From assembly GCA_963754375.1 (NCBI GenBank), contig CAVWFX010000012.1, positions 7,630 to 71,629 on the forward strand: 64,000 nucleotides of DNA. The letters run 5' to 3'. The position numbers and the translations under genes were made by a program. This stretch comes from an uncultured Solirubrobacterales bacterium. GTDB taxonomy: Bacteria; Actinomycetota; Thermoleophilia; Solirubrobacterales; Solirubrobacteraceae. Positions within the stretch are counted from its first letter, which is position 1. Each line of letters starts with the position of its first letter. Under the pieces are notes generated by a model. The model did not search any database and was not told where the DNA came from. It saw only the letters and a list, made by a program, of their open reading frames with translations. Shown one piece after another: positions 19,852-28,344 of the stretch.

Positions 19852-21359
19852 GGCATCTCCGTCTCAGGCAGCTCAGCCTCTGCGGACAGGCTCGGCACGC
19901 GGGCTTCGGCGAAATCGATCTCCTCGGTAGCCAGGGTCGCTCCCAGCGCTGCGAGCCTCTCCGGCGCCTTCCGCTTCAGATAGGAGTAGACGCCGAAGCC
20001 GATGACCACCCAGGCCAGCACGACATATGCCACGTTGTTATAGGGGAACGGCTGGCCCGGCTTAGCGGTCTCGTACAGCGGATACAGCAGCACTACTGTT
20101 CCGAGGAGCGGTATCACCAGGTGTTTCCAGATGTTGAAATCGGGCTGTCCCCAGTAGAACCGGATGAGGCCGATGTTGGCGAGACCGTAGACCAGGATGA
20201 TCGCGATCGTGCCGATCGAGCCTGAGTATCCGTAAACGTCGGTCAGGCCGGAGCCAAGCCAGACCGACAAGATGATGCCGGCCGCAAGCGCGAAGCCCAC
20301 CACCGCGTAGATAGACACGAACGGCGACCTGAATCGCTTGTGCACCCGCGACAACTGCCCCAGCAGCACCCGTTCCCGTGCCATCGCGAAAACGACGCGC
20401 ACCGTGGCGTTCAGCGTGGCGAGCATGCAGGAGAACACGCCGGCGATCGCGCAGAGTTCCACCGGCTGCCTCAGCCAGGGCGCGAACTGGCTAGCCAGCG
20501 TGGAGAACTGCGCCGGGCTGGCAAGGAATGCCTTCAGCCCGGCAGCTGTATTGAGATGGAAGCCAGCGACAAGCCCGTACATGACGAAGACGTAGAAGAC
20601 TCCCACGCCGAGGAGGGCGAGGCGCACCGCGCGCGGTATGTTCCGCTTAGGGTTGCTCGTCTCCTCGCCAAGCACGGCCGCCGTCTCGAAGCCGATGAAC
20701 GACAGCAACCCGAAGACCACACCCAGGCCGACGCCGGAGAAGCCGCTAGGGCCCGACAGCGGGTTGAAGTAGGTGAGGCTGTTGCCGTTCCCCGCGCGGA
20801 TGATGGAGATCAGCGCTAGAAGCGCGAAAACGAACATCTCCACGGCCAGCAGGATCAGGTCCAGACGGACGGAGGTCCGGATGCTGCGCACCAACAGCGT
20901 CATCGCGATGCCGAGCAGGATGATGCCAAGGATCCACCAGGGCACGTTCCAGTGGAACGTGGCCTGCAGGTAGGTCCGGAGAATGACGCCGTTGGCCGTG
21001 AACAGGCCTATGGTGAGCATCACGAATGCGCCGGCGTAGAGCCAGCCGGCGTAAAACCCCGCGAGGCTTCCCAGTGCCCTGCTGCAGAAAGTGAAGAACG
21101 ACCCGGCTGAGGGCAGCTTCCTGGCGAACTCGATCACCGTGTTAGCCACGAACAGCGCGGCGATGAACGCGAACAGGAATGCGACCGGCAGCGCGGCGCC
21201 CGCGTCAGCTCCGGCAGCTGGGGCGTTCAGGATCACCGCCAGCACGGGAGCCATCGCCGCCGCGGACAGGGCGATGCAGTTGCGCACGCTGAGGATCCCC
21301 CGAGCGAGCTGCGGTTTGCTTTCTTCGGCTTGCGTTGACGTGGGTTGCGTGGCTGCCAT
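19848..21359 (-). CDS. APC family amino acid/amine permease
   Basis: About 12 hydrophobic segments; SFIGFETAAVLGEETSNPKRNIP, RVVFAMAR. Confidence 0.92.
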   Translation of the reverse strand: MAATQPTSTQAEESKPQLARGILSVRNCIALSAAAMAPVLAVILNAPAAGADAGAALPVAFLFAFIAALFVANTVIEFARKLPSAGSFFTFCSRALGSLAGFYAGWLYAGAFVMLTIGLFTANGVILRTYLQATFHWNVPWWILGIILLGIAMTLLVRSIRTSVRLDLILLAVEMFVFALLALISIIRAGNGNSLTYFNPLSGPSGFSGVGLGVVFGLLSFIGFETAAVLGEETSNPKRNIPRAVRLALLGVGVFYVFVMYGLVAGFHLNTAAGLKAFLASPAQFSTLASQFAPWLRQPVELCAIAGVFSCMLATLNATVRVVFAMARERVLLGQLSRVHKRFRSPFVSIYAVVGFALAAGIILSVWLGSGLTDVYGYSGSIGTIAIILVYGLANIGLIRFYWGQPDFNIWKHLVIPLLGTVVLLYPLYETAKPGQPFPYNNVAYVVLAWVVIGFGVYSYLKRKAPERLAALGATLATEEIDFAEARVPSLSAEAELPETEMP

Positions 21360-21474
21360 CTGTCAGACCTCTCGCTCGTGGATCCGGCCCTGGCGCTTGC
21401 GAATGGCTCGCTGTGTCCGATCAAGCGGCCAGGGGTATTGGCCTCGTTTGTTTCCTGGGGGCAGAAGACGGGTG

Positions 21475-22650
21475 TCAGGCGGCACCCGTCAAGTGAGGTA
21501 GGTGGATGAACAGGCGGTCCAGGTCGGCCTCATTGTTGTAGGCATGCAGGCTGACCCGGAGGTGGCCGCGGCGCACCGCGACCCGGATGTGGTCCTCTTC
21601 GAGCCGCCGCGCTGTCGCCTCGACGTCCGGGGTGTCGAAGGCGACGATGCCCGCGCGACGGGCGCTGTCGGTCGGCGTGATCACCGGGTAGCCGCGCCGC
21701 GTTAGTTCCTCGACGAGACTGCTGGCCAGTTGGGTCACGTGGCGTTCGACCGCCTCCGTCCCGACGTCGGTGAGCAGGCTGAGGGCGGCATCGAAGGCGA
21801 ACAAGCCGGCGAAGTTGTGGTTGCCGGTTTCGAACCGGGCTGCAGTGTCGTGCAGCCGGTAATTGACGATGTCGCCCAGATCGGACTCGTGACTGCCGCT
21901 CCGTTCCACCGACGGCACGGACAGGAAGGGTGGCCGGAGCCGGTCCTGCCAGTCCGCGCGGCAGTAAAGCAGGCCCAGCCCGTACATGCCGAGCAAACCC
22001 TTCTGAGTGGCCGCTGCCAGACCATCGGCGCCGAGCTGGCGGACGTCGGTGTGCACCACGCCCAGCGACTGGGCGGCGTCCACCATCAGGAAGATGCCGT
22101 TGGGACGGCACACCTCGGCCAGGGCGGCAATGTCGGCCCGCCCGCCCGTCATGGAAGAGACCGCGGAAACGGTTACCACCCGGGTGCGCGCATCGATCGC
22201 CGAGCTGATCCGGTCCGGCGAGACGACCCCTCCAGACATCGGCACGAACCGCACCTCGAGGCCGTCCTGCTGCCGGTTCTGCCAGGGGTAGATGTTGTTG
22301 GCGTGCTCGAACTCCGGGCAGACCACGACGTTGTCCCCCGGCCGCAGGCCGAGGCCGGCTGCAATGGTATTCAGCCCGTCGGAGGTGTTTTTCATGAACG
22401 CGATTTCGCTGGGCGCGGCGGAGATCAGCGCGGCGGCGCGCGCGCGCACCTCCTCGGTGCGCGCCAGCCAGCTGTCCTTTCGCGCCCCTTCGAGCTGGCA
22501 GACCTCGATATATGAGCGCAGTTCCCGGCTCACCCGGTCGGCCATGGGTGCGCGGCTGGCCACATCCAGATAGGTCAGGTGCTCGAAGACCGGGAACTCG
22601 CGCCGGATCTGCGCCGGGGTCGCCACGGCGCGGGTGGCCGCAGACGTCAT
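21475..22650 (-). CDS. Aminotransferase class V / cysteine desulfurase-like PLP enzyme
   Basis: YLDVASRAP, KNTSDG, VDAAQSLG, ATQKGLLG, RFETG, LRVSLHAYN. Confidence 0.88.
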   Translation of the reverse strand: MTSAATRAVATPAQIRREFPVFEHLTYLDVASRAPMADRVSRELRSYIEVCQLEGARKDSWLARTEEVRARAAALISAAPSEIAFMKNTSDGLNTIAAGLGLRPGDNVVVCPEFEHANNIYPWQNRQQDGLEVRFVPMSGGVVSPDRISSAIDARTRVVTVSAVSSMTGGRADIAALAEVCRPNGIFLMVDAAQSLGVVHTDVRQLGADGLAAATQKGLLGMYGLGLLYCRADWQDRLRPPFLSVPSVERSGSHESDLGDIVNYRLHDTAARFETGNHNFAGLFAFDAALSLLTDVGTEAVERHVTQLASSLVEELTRRGYPVITPTDSARRAGIVAFDTPDVEATARRLEEDHIRVAVRRGHLRVSLHAYNNEADLDRLFIHLPHLTGAA

Positions 22651-22750
22651 ACCGCGCCTTCCCCGGCCTGGCCGTCCGCGCCCCGCTCGTCGTCAACGAG
22701 CGCAAGATCGGTGGATGCGCCACCGATGTCGATACCCAGCCGCAAGATCG
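22647..22750 (-). pseudogene. Hydantoinase/5-oxoprolinase N-terminal fragment
   Basis: LRLGIDIGGASTDLALVDDERG matches the GxDxGGTFTD start of HyuA/oxoprolinase; truncated. Confidence 0.6.
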
Positions 22751-22839
22751 TGCTCTCCTCGCTGTGGATGAGCCGGCCTAGAGTGACGCGGCGCCAGAAG
22801 GCATCTGTGACGTCCGCGCCGGCCAGCTGACCAGCTGTT

Positions 22840-22855
22840 TGCAATGCTTGTTGCA
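22840..22855. promoter_or_regulatory. Candidate operator palindrome (TGCAA-N6-TTGCA) in the AT-rich divergent promoter
   Basis: tgcaatgcttgttgca between the catabolic operon and the RpiR gene. Confidence 0.4.
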
Positions 22856-22907
22856 TCTGGTACTTTTTCAATATGGTGTGCATCGATTATCTGGATAGCA
22901 TCAAACC

Positions 22908-23855
22908 GTGTCAATAGACCCAGCTGGCTCTTTCGGCGGTTCGGACCGTGACGTGACGCCGGAGCAGACGGAAACGGAGCAAGCCGAGCGGCTCGGCGTG
23001 GACGACCAGACCGAGCTCGTCGCCGCGATCCGGAGCCGGTATGAGGAACTCGGCGGCCGGCAGCGCCAGGTAGCCCGGTTCGTTCTGGAAAACTTGCACG
23101 AGATGGCGTTCCTGTCGGCCGGAGCGGTGGCCAGGCGGGCTGGCGTCCATGCGGCCACTGTCGTCCGCTTCGCCCAGCGGTTCGGTTTCGACGGCTACCC
23201 CGCGATGCAGCAGCACTTGCGGCATCACCTGCCGCAATACCCGGCGTTCCTGGAAGTCATGGGACGCCCGGACAGCAGCGCCGGTGCGTCACCGATTCTC
23301 GACCGGTGCTTCACCCAGGGACGACGCAACCTCGAGCAGGCGTCACGCAGCGTCGATCCGGCGGCCTTCGAGGAGACCGTCGCCGCCCTTGCCCGCTGCC
23401 GGCGCACCCTCGTGGTCGGGCTCGGCGTAGCGCGGCCGGTCGCGCTGTACCTCGAATCATCACTGAGAATCGTCGGCATAGACGTTCACGACGCCTCGGA
23501 CACCGTTACCCTGGCTCAGGAAGTCGGCCTGGTCGGTGCCGGGGACGTCGTATTCGCCATCGACTTCCACCGGTATTACCGGGCAACCGTAACTGCGGTC
23601 CAGGCGGCACGGGAGGCCGGGGCGACGGTGATCAGCCTCACCGATAGCCCCGTATCCCCGCTCGCCGAGCACTCTCACCAGACGTTGCATGTGCCGTCCG
23701 AGAGTGCGGCGCCACGCACGTCACTGGTGCCGGCCTTCGCGCTGCTGGAGGGCCTGCTCGCTGCAATCACGTTGCACACGCGTGATCGCGCGGAGTCCGC
23801 GATGGACCGGGTCGACCGGCAATACCGCGCGGCTCAGCTCTTCATCAGCGGCTGA
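22908..23855 (+). CDS. MurR/RpiR family transcriptional regulator
   Basis: HTH VHAATVVRFAQRFGFDGYP plus SIS domain ISLTDSPVSPLA. Confidence 0.92.
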   Translation: MSIDPAGSFGGSDRDVTPEQTETEQAERLGVDDQTELVAAIRSRYEELGGRQRQVARFVLENLHEMAFLSAGAVARRAGVHAATVVRFAQRFGFDGYPAMQQHLRHHLPQYPAFLEVMGRPDSSAGASPILDRCFTQGRRNLEQASRSVDPAAFEETVAALARCRRTLVVGLGVARPVALYLESSLRIVGIDVHDASDTVTLAQEVGLVGAGDVVFAIDFHRYYRATVTAVQAAREAGATVISLTDSPVSPLAEHSHQTLHVPSESAAPRTSLVPAFALLEGLLAAITLHTRDRAESAMDRVDRQYRAAQLFISG

Positions 23856-23951
23856 GGCGCCCAGTGACGCCTGCCATTCCCGGCCGGCATTGCAGACTCC
23901 TGAGCCTGCTGCGGAGCGCAGAGCCGGTGAGGGCTATATGAGGAGACGATC

Positions 23952-24899
23952 ATGACGCATGCTGATTCGTTCTTCCGCCGCACCGACTCCGACGTGGCCG
24001 GCCCGCCGCGCGAGATCGTCGGTTACGGCGAGCATCCCCCGCTGATCCGGTGGAACGGCGACGCGAAGGTCGCGATCCAGCTCGTGGTGAACTACGAAGA
24101 GGGCTCGGAGAAGAGCTTCCCCATGGGGGATAACACCAACGACATCCGACACGAGCTGCCGTTCCCAACGAGGCGACAGCGCGACCTGGCCATGGAGTCA
24201 GTGTATGAGTTCGGCTCGCGGGCCGGCATCTGGCGGCTGTTCCGGGTATTCGATAACGCCGGAATCCCGGTCACCTTCTTCGCCGCAGCGGTAGCGCTCG
24301 AGCGCAATCCGGATGTGGCGGCCAAGCTCGCCCGCCGGGGCGACGAGGCCGCGGGTCATGGCTACCGCTGGAGCAATCATTTCGAGATGACCCGCGACCA
24401 GGAGCGTGAGGCGATCAAGCGTGCGATCGCATCCATCGAGGAGACCACCGGATCGCGCCCGGCGGGCTGGTACTGCCGCGAGATGAGCACGAACACCCGG
24501 GAACTCGTGGTGGAAGAAGGCGGCTTCGAGTACGACTCGGACTGCTACAACGACGATCTGCCCTACTGGACGACGATCCTTGGCAAGGCTCACCTCGTCG
24601 TGCCCTACTCGCTTGTCGTAAACGACGCCAGGTACATCGTGGGCACCGGCTACAGCAATCCTGACGACTTCTTCCTGACCGCCAAGACGACCCTGGACCG
24701 GCTCCGCGCCGACGGAGACGACCTCGGCCGGATGATGTCGATCGGCATTCACCCCCGGAACGCCGGCAGCCCCGCCCGATCGGAAGGCCTGGCGCGATTC
24801 ATTGACTACGCCCAGCAGTTCTCCGATATCGCGTTCATGCGGCGCATTGACATCGCGCGGCAGTTCGCCGCGCAGTACCCAGCGTCTAAGTCTCGGTGA
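23952..24899 (+). CDS. Polysaccharide deacetylase family, PuuE/allantoinase-like hydrolase (copy 2)
   Basis: Same motifs as copy 1 and long identical peptide blocks. Confidence 0.88.
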   Translation: MTHADSFFRRTDSDVAGPPREIVGYGEHPPLIRWNGDAKVAIQLVVNYEEGSEKSFPMGDNTNDIRHELPFPTRRQRDLAMESVYEFGSRAGIWRLFRVFDNAGIPVTFFAAAVALERNPDVAAKLARRGDEAAGHGYRWSNHFEMTRDQEREAIKRAIASIEETTGSRPAGWYCREMSTNTRELVVEEGGFEYDSDCYNDDLPYWTTILGKAHLVVPYSLVVNDARYIVGTGYSNPDDFFLTAKTTLDRLRADGDDLGRMMSIGIHPRNAGSPARSEGLARFIDYAQQFSDIAFMRRIDIARQFAAQYPASKSR

Positions 24900-25101
24900 C
24901 CTCACGGGAGGCTCTTTCTGTTTGAGTAATTCGCAGGCGGTCTCGAGCATTCACGTCCCCTGTTTATGGGCGCTTTGGGGTGACGGCGGGTTACCGTTTG
25001 AGAACTACCTGGCGGGCGGTGTGGCAGCGGTACGTGAGGCTGCCCGCGTCATACTGCTTCGTCAATGAGGATTCTCGCCATTTCGACACCCTCTACGGCA
25101 G

Positions 25102-25240
25102 TCACCTGCCACTTAAGGCAGCGGACGAGCGGCCCTGCGCAGTGGTGGTATCGATGCCCTGCTTGAGCACCTGGAGGTGGACGCCCCGTTCAGTAAGGTC
25201 GGCGGACAGGCCGATGAGATGCTTCAGCGACCGCATCGCG
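25102..25240 (-). pseudogene. Serine resolvase/recombinase fragment
   Basis: RSLKHLIGLSADLTERGVHLQVLKQGIDTTTAQGR. Confidence 0.7.
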
Positions 25241-25610
25241 CGAGAGCAGGCTCGCCGATTCTTCCGGGCCGAGCGCGGATGCTCTGAGCCGGGTGAACGC
25301 CATGCTGTGGGCGTCGAGGGCATCCGGGGAGTCCAGGAACGTTCCGCCGGAGACCCCGTCGAGGTGCACGATGCCCAGGCCGGGCCTGGGCGAACCGGAA
25401 GATCGTCAACGGGCCGGCGGCGGCCGTCACCCGGTGGGAGGCGGCGCGGCGCTCGGTGAGGAGCACCGGCCCGGTCTCGCGGCCGGCGGTCAGGTTCCTC
25501 AGGAGCCTGGCGGCGGCGGTCTGGAAATGCAGGAGGTGAGTGTGGCCGCCTTTGACGCGTGCCCGCGCCTGCCGGTTGGCCAGGTCGAGGTCGGGCACTT
25601 CCAGGCGGAC
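25240..25610 (-). pseudogene. Tyrosine recombinase fragment
   Basis: LEVPDLDLANRQARARVKGG...HFQTAAARLLRNLTAGRETGPVLLTERR. Confidence 0.6.
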
Positions 25611-25727
25611 GGGCCGACCTGGACGAACTCGGTCACGGGTATCCGTTCTGGCTGGCTGGGTGGGTTGCGCACCAGTGCGCAACCCACCCGGCATCGCCGG
25701 TTAGTCGGAGGGATCAGGGCGGTGGTG

Positions 25728-26090
25728 TTACTTATGCCCCTGGTTGAACTGGATGATCTGGAGGTAGTTCCCGTCAGGGTCTGCGAACGTTCCGAAGCGA
25801 CCCGAGGGCCGATCTGCGACGGGATCGAGCCAGTCCGCGCCGGCCGCAAGCAACTGCGCCTGGACGGCGTCGAAGTCGTCGACGTGGAAGTTGAGGATGA
25901 TTCGGCCCGGCTCGTTGTTCTTCGCGGCGATGTCGTCGCGATGCTCGATAACCAGCAGGAAACCGCCGAGATCGATCGGCCCTTCGCCTCCGTATGCCGG
26001 TGCAAGGACCCTGCGGTACCAGTCACGCAGTTGCGTGGGCTGGGTGGTGCCGAGAAGGATGCTGCCGGGTCTCGGTGTAATCATTTCCAT
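25728..26090 (-). CDS. VOC family protein
   Basis: GRIILNFHVDDFDA, GTFADPDGNYLQIIQ; RBS aggag before ATG 26090. Confidence 0.85.
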   Translation of the reverse strand: MEMITPRPGSILLGTTQPTQLRDWYRRVLAPAYGGEGPIDLGGFLLVIEHRDDIAAKNNEPGRIILNFHVDDFDAVQAQLLAAGADWLDPVADRPSGRFGTFADPDGNYLQIIQFNQGHK

Positions 26091-26122
26091 GTCTCCTCGT
26101 TGTTGTACCGGCACCGACGCAC

Positions 26123-26566
26123 TCAGTGCCAGTCGCTGATCTGCAGGTCGTCCGGGTCTGGGGTACCCGCCCCGGTCTCGACGAGCTGCTTGAGGCTGAG
26201 CAGGTAGGTGGCCCACTTGGTGCTGCAGTGGTTCATGAACTCGACCGGCTCGGCCCAGCCGCGGTGCTCGAAGAGCACGATGGTGAAGTCGTCGGCCTGG
26301 CTGAGCTCGAAGTTCACGTGCGTGCCGATCCACTCGGCCGGGCCCTCGACGACCTCCCAGAGCACCCTCTTGCCCGGCACCAGCTCGACGACCTTCATGT
26401 CGAAGCCGCCGGGCACGAAGCGGAACGTCATCACGCCGCCGACGTCGGTCACCCCGGTCGTGTCGTGCGTCCACCATCCCGAGAGTCCCTCGAGTGTGGT
26501 CAGGGCCGCGTAGACGTCATCCGGAGACGACCCCTTGACGCCGATGCGGTGCAGGATGTCAACCAT
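26123..26566 (-). CDS. SRPBCC/AHA1-like domain protein
   Basis: VYAALTTLEGLSGWW, EWIGTHVNFEL, HCSTKWATYLLSLK. Confidence 0.88.
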   Translation of the reverse strand: MVDILHRIGVKGSSPDDVYAALTTLEGLSGWWTHDTTGVTDVGGVMTFRFVPGGFDMKVVELVPGKRVLWEVVEGPAEWIGTHVNFELSQADDFTIVLFEHRGWAEPVEFMNHCSTKWATYLLSLKQLVETGAGTPDPDDLQISDWH

Positions 26567-26641
26567 TTCTGTGTCCTTTCATTGGGGTGGCGGCACTCGT
26601 TTGGGTGCCGCCAGGTCATTCGGGCGGCGACGGCCTGGCGG

Positions 26642-26995
26642 TCAGGCGTCGCGGTCGGCGTCGCGTTCGCGCTGGATCGTCTCGGCGATCCGCTTGATGC
26701 GCTGCAGGCGGGCGTCCCAGCTAGCGCCGACCGAGGCGAGCTGGGCCACGGCGCGCGCGAGCTGCGCCTGGTCGACCTGGTAGCGGCGCTCTCGCCCGGC
26801 TGTGGCGCCGTGCACGAGTCCGGCCTGGTCGAGCACGAGCAGGTGCTTGGCGACGGCCTGCCGCGTCACCGGCAGCTGCTCGCTGAGCGAGGTGGCGGTG
26901 CCCGGCCCGGCGGTCAGCAGGAGGTCGAGCATCCGCCGTCGGGTCGGGTCGCCGATCGCCGACCAGAGGTCGTCGTCAACGGCGGTGGCGCTCAC
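26642..26995 (-). CDS. ArsR/SmtB family transcriptional regulator
   Basis: AIGDPTRRRML, VTRQAVAKHL, GRERRY, WDARLQRIK. Confidence 0.9.
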   Translation of the reverse strand: MSATAVDDDLWSAIGDPTRRRMLDLLLTAGPGTATSLSEQLPVTRQAVAKHLLVLDQAGLVHGATAGRERRYQVDQAQLARAVAQLASVGASWDARLQRIKRIAETIQRERDADRDA

Positions 26996-27477
26996 GGCGT
27001 CGACACCAGGCGGGTGACGTACTGCGCCAGCTGCGGCAGGAACCGGTCCCAGCCCTGCGCGTGGTCCTGGTACGCCGCCTCGAGCACGGCGACCTCCCAG
27101 CCCTGCTCGCGGAACCCGGTCTCGGTCAGCCGCAGCGTCGTGCCGGAGCCCGAGGGCACCAGCTCGAGGGTGACCAGGAACGAGTTCGACGAGCCGGGCG
27201 CGAGGCTCGGGTCATACGCCCACCGGAAGGAGAACAAGCGCGGCGGCACCGACTCCACGACCGTCATGGGCACCACGACCGCCGACTCGTCCCCGCGGAC
27301 GCCGAACGTCAGCTCCCCGGTGCCGCCGGGCGCCGGGTCGTCGAGCGCGGCGTCGTCGGGCCACCACTCGCGCAGGTGCTCGGGCCGGCTCACCACCTCG
27401 AAGACGACCTCGGGCGAGGCATCCACGTAGATCTCGCGGTCGATGCTGCCGTACTCCATGTCCGCTCCCATTCCCAT
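26992..27477 (-). CDS. SRPBCC domain protein
   Basis: SIDREIYVDASPEVVF, PPRLFSFRW, GTTLRLTETGF, HAQGW. Confidence 0.88.
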   Translation of the reverse strand: MGMGADMEYGSIDREIYVDASPEVVFEVVSRPEHLREWWPDDAALDDPAPGGTGELTFGVRGDESAVVVPMTVVESVPPRLFSFRWAYDPSLAPGSSNSFLVTLELVPSGSGTTLRLTETGFREQGWEVAVLEAAYQDHAQGWDRFLPQLAQYVTRLVSTP

Positions 27478-27479
27478 AA

Positions 27480-27541
27480 CGCAACGCTTGGTTGCGCATG
27501 AGCTTAGGCGGTCCCGAGCGGAAGCGCAACCCGTGGTTGCG
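27480..27541. promoter_or_regulatory. Two CGCAAC-N5-GTTGCG palindromes, probable ArsR operators
   Basis: cgcaacgcttggttgcg (27480-27496) and cgcaacccgtggttgcg (27525-27541) upstream of the SRPBCC-ArsR operon. Confidence 0.7.
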
Positions 27542-27619
27542 AAAGCGCGGCGTGTCCGCCGCCTCGGGTAGCGCGCCAGGCGCCCCGCAGGCGGTCAGTA
27601 AAACGACCGGTGGCTGGCC

Positions 27620-27965
27620 AGCCGGCCGGATGCGCAGGTGCCCGTCATTGGGGAACTCGGGCAGCAGCGGCGGCGGCACTGCGTACAGGGTGAATCCGGC
27701 CTTGCCCGCTACCCGGCAGGATGCGTGGTTGCCGACGGCGCGGATGAGTTCTAGCCGTTCCAGCGGTCGCCGCCGTGGCAGGCGGAAGGCCCACTCCGAT
27801 ACGGCGTCAAGAGCTCGTGCGGCGATGCCCCGTCCGCGTGCGGGGGCCGTAACCCAGTAGCCCACTTCGCCGGAGACGGCGGCATCGTCCAATCCCCGGA
27901 TGCCGATGCCGCCGACCAGGCCGCCGGGCGCTCCCGGTTCGGCCAGCAGCACGGCGAAGCCGCAG
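27620..27965 (-). pseudogene. GNAT acetyltransferase C-terminal remnant
   Basis: GEVGYWVTAPARGRGIA...NHASCRVAGKAGF; no credible N-terminus. Confidence 0.65.
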
Positions 27966-28164
27966 CCGGTCCCGGCCCTGCGGTCGGCGCGGCGGGGCAG
28001 GGCGTGCCGGGCCCGTTCCGAGCGGGAATTCCGCCTGAAGGTGCTGAACGTGTTGCCGGCGGACTCGGCGAGGGCACTGTGGGAGCTGGCCACCGGTGAG
28101 GACGGGTTCCTGCTGGGGCTGAAGGCTGATCCGGGCCCCGGGCTGCCCCGTCCCCGCCCGGATG

Positions 28165-28182
28165 CATTGGTCTAGACCAATG
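28165..28182. promoter_or_regulatory. Perfect 18-bp palindrome resembling a DasR/GntR-type site
   Basis: cattggtctagaccaatg; the TGGTCTAGACCA core matches the dre consensus. Confidence 0.5.
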
Positions 28183-28344
28183 GCTACAGGTATCAGCACG
28201 GATTCAGCACAGGGTCGGGAAACGACGGGAAATAACCGGCACGAACCGGACAATCAGGACACGAGAACGGGCCGCCAGACTGATAGTCCGGCGGCCTGCA
28301 GGACGTGCATGCGGTCCGAGAATCCGCAGGTCAGAGGCCTAGTT

